64,000 nucleotides of DNA from a virus. The notes under the pieces are model-generated. The model did not search any database. It was not told the origin of the DNA and worked only from the letters and a program-made list of their open reading frames with translations. The translations under genes were made by a program, and so were the position numbers. The DNA is taken from IMG/VR virus record IMGVR_UViG_3300032093_000012, positions 103,476-167,475 of that record; one strand, 5' to 3'. This document shows positions 55,129-64,000 of the stretch, piece by piece (position 1 is the first letter of the stretch; every line of letters begins with the position of its first letter).

Positions 55129-55833
55129 ATGAGAGATGATCAACTTATATTTTTTATTGGAGCTCCTGGAAGTTCTTGGTCTAGAATAGCATCAATATTA
55201 GAATATTCACCAAAACTTTTATTGAATCTTTCAGATCACACTTCTGAGAGAGAATATTATATTAAGAATAGTAAGTCTTGGTCTCATCTTGTCAATCACC
55301 AAGGTTCTTATTTTGGAACTGGCATGGAATTTGGTTATAGATTCGAATCACCACAAGACTTCTATAATAAAATCTCTTTTAAAAAAGAAATAGCTAAAGC
55401 TTTTTCTGAGCATGATGATTTTCGTAATTATCTAATTAAGAGTCATTCACTAGCCTATAATTTAGATTGGTTAGTAGAAACGTTTCCAACAAGTAAAATT
55501 ATTTTTGTTATAAAACAACCTATAGAAGAATGTGTTGAGTGGTGGCAAAGCGCTGGTGGTTTTGATATATCATATCCAAAATATGATTGGTATAAAAATA
55601 AAGATCTATTGAAAGAATTTAATAGACAACAATATAATATTAAAAAGTTTATAAATGATTGTGAATATCCTGTATATGCTCCGACTAATTCATTTTTCAA
55701 GAATAAACTTAATATAGATATTGATAATAAGCCAGTTAGTGAATATATAAAAGCTATACAATTACTGCCACCAAATGGTGATGGAGATCCTGATCTAAGA
55801 ACTCAGATGTGTTTTTACAATATGGAGATATAA
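55129..55833 (+). CDS. sulfotransferase-like P-loop protein (GAPGSxW family)
   Basis: GAPGSSW, HQGSYFG, IKSH, WW..AGGF.I. Confidence 0.6.
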   Translation: MRDDQLIFFIGAPGSSWSRIASILEYSPKLLLNLSDHTSEREYYIKNSKSWSHLVNHQGSYFGTGMEFGYRFESPQDFYNKISFKKEIAKAFSEHDDFRNYLIKSHSLAYNLDWLVETFPTSKIIFVIKQPIEECVEWWQSAGGFDISYPKYDWYKNKDLLKEFNRQQYNIKKFINDCEYPVYAPTNSFFKNKLNIDIDNKPVSEYIKAIQLLPPNGDGDPDLRTQMCFYNMEI

Positions 55834-55834
55834 T

Positions 55835-56164
55835 ATGGAATATGATGAAGAAGAACAAAGAAAGATAATTCCTAAGTGCAGAAATAACACTGAACACTTT
55901 GTTGCAGCAAACGGTAGATGGCTTCCATGTTGTGTTTTTCCAACTCATGGACAACAATATGAATCGTCTATATTTAACGATGATAGATATAATATAGACA
56001 ATAACGATGTTCACACCTTTCATTTAGATCTAAAATATTTAGATTGGCTTAACTTTATTTCCAAATCTTATTATGACGCGCCAAAATGTTGTCAGAAGAA
56101 ATGTGGAGTGAACGCTTCTAAGACTACTAGTCATAATCATGAGATACTTCGCTATGAAAAATAG
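55835..56164 (+). CDS. stand-alone SPASM/twitch-like Cys-rich protein
   Basis: PKC, G..LPCC, CC.KKCG; directly upstream of a radical SAM gene. Confidence 0.6.
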   Translation: MEYDEEEQRKIIPKCRNNTEHFVAANGRWLPCCVFPTHGQQYESSIFNDDRYNIDNNDVHTFHLDLKYLDWLNFISKSYYDAPKCCQKKCGVNASKTTSHNHEILRYEK

Positions 56165-56771
56165 TATTCATATTGAACTTACAAATAGATGTAGAATTTC
56201 TTGTCCAAAATGTATTAGAACAATATTGGTCAAGAAAGGTGAACTTAAAAGACAAGACTTATCAATAGAAGCTTGCAAGAAATATGCTGATAGTTTCTAT
56301 GAAAGTTTTATGTTCTGCGGAACATATGGTGATCCTATCTATCATCCACAATTTTTAGAGATAATAAAGCTATTTAAAGACAAAAACAAAGTTGTTAAGA
56401 TTCATACAAATGGGTCAGGAAAAACAATTGAGTGGTGGGAAAATTTCTTCTCTGTGCTCAAAGAACGAGATGAAGTTATTTTTTCTGTAGATGGTCTTCG
56501 AGATACTGCTGGTCTTTATAGAGTCAATATGAGTTCTGAAGATCATGATCAAATTATTGAAGTAATGAAGATGACTACAAAATATAAGTTTAGAGCGAGA
56601 TGGGTATTCATACCATTTAAGACGAATGAACACCAGATTGATGAAGCTATAAAGATGGCTGAGAATATCGGTATAACATTTGAACTTAAGAAGTCTTCAA
56701 GATGGGATGGTTCAAATGACCCATATCTACCAACAGATAAATCACTGATATCATCGTATAGTACAATATGA
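56154..56771 (+). CDS. radical SAM protein
   Basis: CRISCPKC (CX3CX2C), GDP, TNG, SVDG. Confidence 0.85.
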   Translation: MKNSIHIELTNRCRISCPKCIRTILVKKGELKRQDLSIEACKKYADSFYESFMFCGTYGDPIYHPQFLEIIKLFKDKNKVVKIHTNGSGKTIEWWENFFSVLKERDEVIFSVDGLRDTAGLYRVNMSSEDHDQIIEVMKMTTKYKFRARWVFIPFKTNEHQIDEAIKMAENIGITFELKKSSRWDGSNDPYLPTDKSLISSYSTI

Positions 56772-57490
56772 CTATTAAAGTCTACTGCTTTAAATGGGGT
56801 ACAAAATACGGTCCTGAATATGTAAACAGATTATTATACTCTGTACTTAAAAACTATAGAGGTGATGTCATGTTTACATGCATCACTGATGACAAGTCTG
56901 GATTAGATCCTAGCATCAATATTATTGATTATGATAGTAGTAAAATACTTGGTCTTGGTAATGTTTTTACTATAGAAAAACTAAAATTATTTGACCCACA
57001 TTTTATTGGCGCAGGTCAAAATATATTATTTGATATCGACATACTTTGTCTAAAAGACTTCACTGATTATATAAAAAAATATAACTTCGAAGAACCTAGA
57101 TTTATTAAGAATTATTGGGCTGATCCTAATCAATGCGATGCATATTTTCATAAGGGTGCATGCGACATTAATAGTTCATTTATTACATGGAAAGATGATC
57201 AGTTAGAACCACTATATAAGTTCTATATTGATAATATGAAGAAGATTAATTTTCTCTTCACTAGTTTTGATAAATCTTTATTTGGTATATTTAGAGATAA
57301 ATTGAAGTATCATCCAAAAAATATTGTGTACGCATATAATTTTGGAGCAGATCACAAAGATGATATGAAACCAGAAGTGTTACGTAATGATTATTATTTT
57401 TGTTTATTTAATACATCTCATGGAGTTGGTAAAGAACTTCATGAAGTAGATGGGTGGGCGAAAACAATGTGGGAATCAAAAAGTGTTTAG
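56768..57490 (+). CDS. glycosyltransferase (GT-A)
   Basis: CFKWGTKY..EYVN, CITDD, FDID, NSS. Confidence 0.75.
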   Translation: MTIKVYCFKWGTKYGPEYVNRLLYSVLKNYRGDVMFTCITDDKSGLDPSINIIDYDSSKILGLGNVFTIEKLKLFDPHFIGAGQNILFDIDILCLKDFTDYIKKYNFEEPRFIKNYWADPNQCDAYFHKGACDINSSFITWKDDQLEPLYKFYIDNMKKINFLFTSFDKSLFGIFRDKLKYHPKNIVYAYNFGADHKDDMKPEVLRNDYYFCLFNTSHGVGKELHEVDGWAKTMWESKSV

Positions 57491-58190
57491 TGTTTTTACT
57501 TTAAAAAAGCAAATAGAAAAATACAATAAAAATTATATTCCCAGATTGAAGATATTTCTTTCTGATTACGAAAAAACAAGAGCTAATATCTTTAGAAGTA
57601 TATTAAATGAATATGATTTTGTTAAGTCAGAGACTGTAACATTTATTGCTAGTGGCTTACCATATTATATATTTGATATATTAAACACGAGATATGAAAC
57701 AGATATTAGTTTTCTAAACAATAGTAAAAAAATAATTAATAAACAAGATGAATTATTTGAAATAACATTAATAAACAATTTAGATTTAGAAACAAAAAAA
57801 CAAAGTAGTATAACTACACAAGTTAAATTGATAGATTATAGCCCTCTAATAAGATCTACATATAATATTGTTAAAGAACATTTTAGTAATTTGTCGTTCG
57901 AATACTTTAATAAAAATGTAAATTTTGAAGATATACGAGATATAACAAAGGACAGTCTCATCATAATACCATACAGCGAATATCTTTATACATTAAAAGA
58001 ACTTAAAATATTCAATAAAGGTCAATATGTACTAGTTTTTAATCAAAAAGAAGATGAAGAAAGAAGAAAAGTAAACACAGCATTTTGTGTAGAAGATCTA
58101 GTTGAACAATGTGGATTTAGTGAAAATATATTTGCACAAAAATATGATGTATGTGGTGTAAGAATGTATGTAGCATTGGGGAAAATATGA
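57450..58190 (+). CDS. hypothetical protein (start uncertain)
   Basis: long AT-rich ORF in the operon. Confidence 0.6.
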   Translation: MGGRKQCGNQKVFSVFTLKKQIEKYNKNYIPRLKIFLSDYEKTRANIFRSILNEYDFVKSETVTFIASGLPYYIFDILNTRYETDISFLNNSKKIINKQDELFEITLINNLDLETKKQSSITTQVKLIDYSPLIRSTYNIVKEHFSNLSFEYFNKNVNFEDIRDITKDSLIIIPYSEYLYTLKELKIFNKGQYVLVFNQKEDEERRKVNTAFCVEDLVEQCGFSENIFAQKYDVCGVRMYVALGKI

Positions 58191-58855
58191 AAAATATAGT
58201 ATGCATAAAGTGGGGGCATCTGTACTCTGCAGAAGATGTAAACATGTTAGAATACATGCTGAAACAAACAGTCACATATCCTTTTCAACTCTACTGTTTA
58301 ACAGATGATTGTTTTGATATCAACAGAAGCATAGAGATAATATCACTACCAAAAGATAATGATCTTGAAGGTCATTGGAATAAGATGTATCTTTTTAATA
58401 AAGATATCATGAAGCTTAATAATTTTACGTACTTTGACTTAGATGTTATTATTCAAAATAATATAGATGATATATTAGATTATGAAAAGAGATTAACTCT
58501 AATTAAAGCTTGGTGGAAAAAATCAGAGGTATGGAAAAACACTTTTAATTCAAGTGTGATGTCCATAGATACGACGAGAGATGCTTATATATGGGGAAGA
58601 TTTATAGAGAATACAGATTATCATATGTGTAAAAACATAGGAGATGATGATTTTCTATTTAATAACTTTGAGTTTGATCACTATCAGCAAAGCTGGTTTT
58701 ATTCAAGAGTATATGGTGAAGAAAAAACTAAAACTAGATACTATAAACCAGAAAAGAAGATATGTCTTTTGAATAGTATGAAGAAGTTTTATTCTAAAGA
58801 ATACTACAAGTTGTTTGTAGAGTTGTATCCGGAATACCAATATCAGCAATCATAG
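58187..58855 (+). CDS. glycosyltransferase (GT-A)
   Basis: CIKWG..Y, CLTDD, FDLD, NSSVM; paralog of 56768. Confidence 0.75.
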   Translation: MKNIVCIKWGHLYSAEDVNMLEYMLKQTVTYPFQLYCLTDDCFDINRSIEIISLPKDNDLEGHWNKMYLFNKDIMKLNNFTYFDLDVIIQNNIDDILDYEKRLTLIKAWWKKSEVWKNTFNSSVMSIDTTRDAYIWGRFIENTDYHMCKNIGDDDFLFNNFEFDHYQQSWFYSRVYGEEKTKTRYYKPEKKICLLNSMKKFYSKEYYKLFVELYPEYQYQQS

Positions 58856-59468
58856 ACTGCCATATATCTGCATGCGGGACGATATAACTCAAAGTTAATC
58901 TTGGTGATCTAGTTCTTGCGCAATGCCAATACATTTTTTCTGGTTCTTCAAATGAACCAAAGTAACCTACTTTAACAAACCATCCTTTTTTATCAGGATA
59001 TCTTGTTATTAGATTTGTATTTTTATCATAGTGTTCGAACTCTCCGTCGCCATCTGGATTACATGTTATGACTATATTATAACCAGGAGCGTTTGCATTA
59101 TGATGCCAACCAATATAACCACTTGGTGGATAGTATGCTCTTAACGCATTATTTCTTGCACCAAAGTAGTTGATGAGTTTTTTATCAACACTATCACAAG
59201 CTTCTCTGTAAGTTTTAGATTGCAATTGTTTTGATTTTAAATTATTTTCCATCACAGCGCCTAGCATGTGCTTAGGATAACCATATGCTTTTGGATCTTT
59301 TAATGCTTCCTTTAAATAATTACCAGATGTAGCATATTCACCTTTTTCATTGTCATCGAGTTTTTCATGTGGTATTAACTCTGTCTGATAATCAGAATTA
59401 AAAAACCAACTACTAAACTCTTCTAGAATGACTTTGAGTTCAGGATTTATGTTTGATATGACCTGCAT
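58794..59468 (-). CDS. 2OG-Fe(II)/cupin-like protein
   Basis: YYPP.GYIGWHHN...YWHCA...R. Confidence 0.6.
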   Translation of the reverse strand: MQVISNINPELKVILEEFSSWFFNSDYQTELIPHEKLDDNEKGEYATSGNYLKEALKDPKAYGYPKHMLGAVMENNLKSKQLQSKTYREACDSVDKKLINYFGARNNALRAYYPPSGYIGWHHNANAPGYNIVITCNPDGDGEFEHYDKNTNLITRYPDKKGWFVKVGYFGSFEEPEKMYWHCARTRSPRLTLSYIVPHADIWQSMIADIGIPDTTLQTTCSIL

Positions 59469-60156
59469 GAACAATCCTATCTGGTATAGTATGATGATAT
59501 ATTATTGGTGACTTATCACCATCTGCGCCCTTTATGTCATAGAGCCAAATATAATTCCATCTATAATCATCTGGCATGATTCCAATCTTATATTTGTATT
59601 CACTTTCTTTCAGAAGTCTCCAGAGAGTAAATTGATCCCAACGTTTCATCGATGGAAAATACTCAGGATAGTTCCACTCAGATTTATCTTGTATTAAAAA
59701 CTCTTCGTACCAATCTTTTAAAAGCTTCATGGTATTTTCATTCTTTTTATAGAGCATGAACCCACCATGATACTGCATCTTCTGAGTCTTATTCTTATCT
59801 ATGAATACTTCTTTGCTTACATGTTCTCTTATATTAGTTAACATGATTTCGTTATCTTCGAAGTAATCAAATATAGTATTGAACTCTGATGACATGACTT
59901 CCATATCAGCATCAATGTAGGCTGTAATGTCATATGGTGACATGTACATACCCTTCATCTTGGCTCTTCTATGATATGGAATATCATAACTGATATGATC
60001 AAAATACTTCATATCACGCTCTTTCATAAACTCTTGATGAGTAAAGAGCGTGATACTAGTTTTTGGAGAGTAGTCTTTTATTGATACAGCGCATCTTACT
60101 GCAGAATTATAATATGCAGTAGACATTGAAGCTATAAGAACAACACCACTTTTCAT
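59440..60156 (-). CDS. glycosyltransferase (GT8-like)
   Basis: SPYD.T.YIDAD, HGG, WDQ..LW. Confidence 0.7.
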   Translation of the reverse strand: MKSGVVLIASMSTAYYNSAVRCAVSIKDYSPKTSITLFTHQEFMKERDMKYFDHISYDIPYHRRAKMKGMYMSPYDITAYIDADMEVMSSEFNTIFDYFEDNEIMLTNIREHVSKEVFIDKNKTQKMQYHGGFMLYKKNENTMKLLKDWYEEFLIQDKSEWNYPEYFPSMKRWDQFTLWRLLKESEYKYKIGIMPDDYRWNYIWLYDIKGADGDKSPIIYHHTIPDRIVHAGHIKHKS

Positions 60157-60171
60157 CACAAAATAATTATA

Positions 60172-60591
60172 TCAAGAGTTCTTAATAGTCTCTAGTGCTA
60201 CTATTGCTCCAGCATATGCATGGATTTCTGTAAGAGTAGATGCTTTTCTAAGACTAGACTTTAGATCGGTATAAGTTGAATCTCTAATAATAGACATATC
60301 AAAAGCTTCAGACTTAGCTAAGAACAAGATGTTCTGCTTTGCAATCTCATCTTCTTGCTTTTGTTGTTCTTCTCTCTGAGCTTTTCTTTCATTATGAAGT
60401 GCAAGATCATTAGCAGTGTTTTGATCTATAAGTTCAAGTGGAAAAGTTTCTAAGATTTCTTTCCAATCTGGATTACCTTCTTCGGTATCGGTAACACTAG
60501 CTGTTAAGATCCTACCATCTTCATATTCAAATTGACATATGATATGTGTCTTTTCTGTATTTGCCCATCTTGGTGATCTAATAATTCTCAT
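60172..60591 (-). CDS. hypothetical protein, possible tail-fibre chaperone
   Basis: follows fibre-like genes; PRWAN N-terminus. Confidence 0.55.
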   Translation of the reverse strand: MRIIRSPRWANTEKTHIICQFEYEDGRILTASVTDTEEGNPDWKEILETFPLELIDQNTANDLALHNERKAQREEQQKQEDEIAKQNILFLAKSEAFDMSIIRDSTYTDLKSSLRKASTLTEIHAYAGAIVALETIKNS

Positions 60592-60592
60592 G

Positions 60593-61537
60593 TTAAGCTG
60601 TCCTCACCCATAATGAAACCGTAGAAACGGTTTCTGTACCTGCATTTAATGTTAAACCTGAATATGAACCAGAATAAGATCCAGTATAAAATCCTGTATA
60701 AGTTCCTGAGAAGAAACCGCCAATACTTCCAGCGAAGAATCTTGTATAAGCACCAGTATAGTTACCCGTGTATGCTCCAGAATAGGAACCAGTGTAACTT
60801 ACAGTTGAAGTAGTTTCTCTTGTATCAGAGAATGCCGATCCTCTTGATACCCAAGTACCACCAGAGACAGGAGCAGTTGACTGGACTGCATACTGACCAA
60901 TACCAGTAGCTACTATTCTATTTCTTAATCTCTCAGTAAGAGTCTGTATCTCTGCATCACTCATTTCTTTTACAGAAATCGGTGATGTAGTATTTACTTT
61001 TAAAGTTCTAGATGTACTTGGCGCAGTAGCTGCAGTCTTTCTCCAAAGATATGTAACATTGTTTGCAGCCGCTGTAGTATTCTGGATAGTTCTTTCAGCA
61101 ACCCATGTACCGCCGACAGGAGTAGTAGGAGACAATGAATAACTGCCAACACCAGAATTTACTAGATTGGCCAATGCATTTGAAATTATTGTCGTATTAA
61201 GAGTTGTATCATCTTGTTCAAAAGTATTAGCGCCGGCGCTATAATGAACTGGTCTAACTAAATTTTCAGTAGCAGCTCCCAGATCCTGATAGAAGTTATA
61301 CGTTACTGTCGTGATATCAGTACCAACTGGGTGTTGGCCAACAGTGTATGGTCTATATGTATCACTAAATGTACCTATTAATGTAAAAGAACTATTAGGA
61401 GATACAGTACCAACACCCGTGTTAGAAGCAGCAAATTGTGTTAGAACGATATGCGTTGCATAATCGTAATCAGCATCGCTCATCTCTTTAAAAGAGACTG
61501 GTGAAGTAGAAGTATCTATTTTAAGCGGTCTTCCCAT
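60593..61537 (-). CDS. virion structural protein with (Y/F)(S/T)G repeats
   Basis: internal duplication (KEMSD...GVG/GIG) and C-terminal YTG/YSG repeats. Confidence 0.7.
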   Translation of the reverse strand: MGRPLKIDTSTSPVSFKEMSDADYDYATHIVLTQFAASNTGVGTVSPNSSFTLIGTFSDTYRPYTVGQHPVGTDITTVTYNFYQDLGAATENLVRPVHYSAGANTFEQDDTTLNTTIISNALANLVNSGVGSYSLSPTTPVGGTWVAERTIQNTTAAANNVTYLWRKTAATAPSTSRTLKVNTTSPISVKEMSDAEIQTLTERLRNRIVATGIGQYAVQSTAPVSGGTWVSRGSAFSDTRETTSTVSYTGSYSGAYTGNYTGAYTRFFAGSIGGFFSGTYTGFYTGSYSGSYSGLTLNAGTETVSTVSLWVRTA

Positions 61538-61556
61538 CAATACACCTTAAACATTA

Positions 61557-61823
61557 TTAAGTTGGAAAAGCTATCGTATTATTTGCATAATACACTTTTA
61601 GTGTAGTAGCGTATGTCATGACATTAGATGTTGACACAGTTACCATACTAGTATTTATATTAACACTACCAACCTGAATATTTGCTGTTGCAGAGATGTT
61701 GCCATTTACTGCAAGAGTAGCTCCTGGTGTAGTAGTCATGATACCAACATTCGATCCAGAAGTATAGATCAAGTTTGTATTAACTATTAGACCGTTTTTT
61801 ACTATAAAAGCTTTGTCTGCCAT
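61557..61823 (-). CDS. small virion/fibre-like protein
   Basis: FIVKNGL, NVGI.TTTP..TL.VNG; late promoter TATAAATA at 61857-61864. Confidence 0.7.
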   Translation of the reverse strand: MADKAFIVKNGLIVNTNLIYTSGSNVGIMTTTPGATLAVNGNISATANIQVGSVNINTSMVTVSTSNVMTYATTLKVYYANNTIAFPT

Positions 61824-61880
61824 TAATAGGTTCCCTTTCCCCTATTTTATTATTACTATTTATATGTTGTATATTTAATA

Positions 61881-64000
61881 CTATGGAAAAAAGAATGCTA
61901 AAAATGCTGAAGTTGCTGCGACAACAAAATTTGTAAATAACCAACCCGTATTATTACCGCCATTTGTTGAAGTAGTTCCAGCATACCACGCAGCACCGCC
62001 GGTTGCAATAGAGTCACTGATACTACAGAACGAAACGTCTACTGTTCCTGAAGATTTAGATAGTGTGAAATTAGAAGCAGGAGTATCACTGCCTATTGTA
62101 ATTAAGTTTCCGCTAGTACCATTCAAATCAAAATCATTTGTAAAAGTATTAGTCGTACCAGCTGTAAACAATATAGTAGCTGGTTGAACGCTATTTGTGA
62201 TATTTCGAAAAGTGTTTGTCCCGCTAATAGTAAGTGTTCCTGCACCGCCCTGATTGAGAGTGTTATATGAGTTATCACCACCGACGAATGTTTTTGCAGT
62301 AGCAGAGGTCATATTTATTTTACCAGTACCTGTTGAAGTAAGCGTCCCTGCTGAAATAAGATTTTGTTGAACCAATATTGAAGTTCCAGAAACTGCGGTC
62401 ACTGGTGATGTAGATGGTGTGAAGTTAGCTGTATAAACTGCTGTTCCTTTTACAATTCTAAAGTTTGTAATTTGCCCCGGAAAGTAGCCAGTAGTATCAG
62501 AACCTACACCAATTTTTAAAGGTTTGGCGGAGCCATCATAATAATACATTGTCATACCAGTGGCATTAAATGTAGTAGCATCTGCAACTCCATTTACATA
62601 TAATGTTATAGTATTGCCATTCCTAACTACTGCTACATGATTCCAAGAATTTGCTGTTACTTGTCGAGTTGTTCCGGTAAAACTAACGGTTGAAATACCC
62701 GAAGCGGCGTTAGTGAATGCAAAGTTTAAATATCTGCCAGATGTAACGTTCCAATTCCATGCACCACCTAGTTGCCAAGTGTTAGCGATACCCCTGAGTG
62801 CTCCTAAAGAAGTCGGACGTATCCATGCTTCAATAGTAAAGTTACCAGCATCGAATAAAAATGCATTATTAGCAGGGACATTCAAGAATTGACTTGTGCC
62901 ATTGAACAATATACTACCACTAGCCCCACTGACAAACGGAGTAGCATGATCGTATAAGGCTGTTCCGCTATTTGTTATAGTAACTGGAGCAGCACTTCCA
63001 TCAGTGACGCCAAGATCGTTGCCGTTGAACGCAGCTGCTCCTGCTAGGCTTATTACTAAATCTCCAGTTCCATGAGCCAATACTTTACTGCCTGATCCAG
63101 TAGCAGTAAATCCGCCAGCAGCAGTACATGTATAATTATTTAAATTGAAAGTCCCATTGGTTAGAGTTATAACTCTAGAAGAATTCATTGTAAGAGCATC
63201 TTGAAGTGCCCAAGTACCACCAACACCATTAAACGTAAGTGGAAAAACTAATGTTGCACCATTTGTTGTGATTGTTTTAGTACCACTAGTAGCAGCAAAT
63301 GTCCAAATGTTGGTGCCAGCGGTTAATGTGACTGTTGTTCCTCCAATAAGCAAATTTCCATATATTGTAAGCGCAATATTGCTAACAGTAAAAGAGTTGT
63401 TGTCGATTGTGAGATTTTTAATTGTGTTAGAGGTTGTAAAAGTTGTTGTTGAAGCAGTGTTAGATAATTGAAAACTAATTGAATTTGCTTCTGATAATGC
63501 ACCAGCAGAAATTGTTTTAACTTGATTTGTACCACCACCAGTTAATTGAACAAGAATATTACCGTCAGTAGTCATATTAGTTACAGTAGGAGTACTCCAT
63601 ACAGTCGCAGCAGTATTTAAACTCAATACTATTTTACCACCGGAACCAGTTGTTTGTATTCTTCTAGTGTTTGAATTTGAAGAACTGAAAATACCAAATA
63701 TAGTCATTGTATATGAATTTAAATCTAAAGTGCCGTTTGTTAATGTTACTGTTCTAGAAGTTGATGTGCCTATTGTTAATGCGTCCTGAAGTGCCCAAGT
63801 ACCACCAACGCCATTAAACGTGATTGGAAAATCTAAAATTTTTCCATTTGTTGTTATTGATTGTGTACCAGTAGTAGCAGCAAATGTCCAAATATTTGTA
63901 CCTGCAGTAAGTGTTGGTGTAGTACCAGCAATTGTTAAATCACCGTAAATTGTAATTGCAACGTTTGATAGTGTAAAGGAATTGTTGTCAATTATAAGAT
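61881..64000 (-). CDS. tail fibre/adhesin with LamG (ConA-like) domain, 5' end beyond the window
   Basis: FTIEAWI, WNHVAVVR..T.TLYVNG, FRIVKGTA.YT..FTP; frame stays open upstream of 63707. Confidence 0.85.
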   Translation of the reverse strand, partial: LIIDNNSFTLSNVAITIYGDLTIAGTTPTLTAGTNIWTFAATTGTQSITTNGKILDFPITFNGVGGTWALQDALTIGTSTSRTVTLTNGTLDLNSYTMTIFGIFSSSNSNTRRIQTTGSGGKIVLSLNTAATVWSTPTVTNMTTDGNILVQLTGGGTNQVKTISAGALSEANSISFQLSNTASTTTFTTSNTIKNLTIDNNSFTVSNIALTIYGNLLIGGTTVTLTAGTNIWTFAATSGTKTITTNGATLVFPLTFNGVGGTWALQDALTMNSSRVITLTNGTFNLNNYTCTAAGGFTATGSGSKVLAHGTGDLVISLAGAAAFNGNDLGVTDGSAAPVTITNSGTALYDHATPFVSGASGSILFNGTSQFLNVPANNAFLFDAGNFTIEAWIRPTSLGALRGIANTWQLGGAWNWNVTSGRYLNFAFTNAASGISTVSFTGTTRQVTANSWNHVAVVRNGNTITLYVNGVADATTFNATGMTMYYYDGSAKPLKIGVGSDTTGYFPGQITNFRIVKGTAVYTANFTPSTSPVTAVSGTSILVQQNLISAGTLTSTGTGKINMTSATAKTFVGGDNSYNTLNQGGAGTLTISGTNTFRNITNSVQPATILFTAGTTNTFTNDFDLNGTSGNLITIGSDTPASNFTLSKSSGTVDVSFCSISDSIATGGAAWYAGTTSTNGGNNTGWLFTNFVVAATSAFLAFFFP

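Noticed and set aside
61829-61842. GGGGAAAGGGAACC leader motif upstream of the small fibre-like gene
   Set aside because: Single copy in the window; cannot be distinguished from an extended RBS without more sequence.

Overview
This window is 64 kb of a T4-like myophage genome. The likely host is an alphaproteobacterium, inferred from a tRNA-His that lacks G-1 and has A73. Layout: (i) 1-6.6 kb is an early region of small hypothetical genes, GC-rich up to ~4.1 kb, driven by repeated TGTACA-N16/17-TAnnnT promoters. (ii) 6.6-12.4 kb is a 23-tRNA operon covering all 20 amino acids, interspersed with several unannotated structured RNAs. (iii) 13-37 kb (minus strand) carries replication, recombination and late-transcription genes (regA, g62, g44, g45, g46, g47, g55, uvsW, uvsY) and a DNA-modification cluster around a gp42-like dCMP hydroxymethylase. 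(iv) 37-51.4 kb carries the head, tail and packaging genes g3 and g23-g13. (v) 51.5-60.2 kb is an island of methyltransferases, glycosyltransferases, oxygenases and a radical SAM enzyme behind a bidirectional late promoter. (vi) Tail-fibre genes run off the right edge. The strongest candidate for an undescribed system is a tandem array of five RNA-like units (8869-9426) ending at the RBS of a DUF2828/vWA (TROVE/Ro60-like) gene. The units share a covarying closing stem and a TWCMGCA motif but carry different cargo, two of them circularly permuted tRNA folds. All calls come from reading the sequence and recalled family motifs; no searches or folding programs were run.
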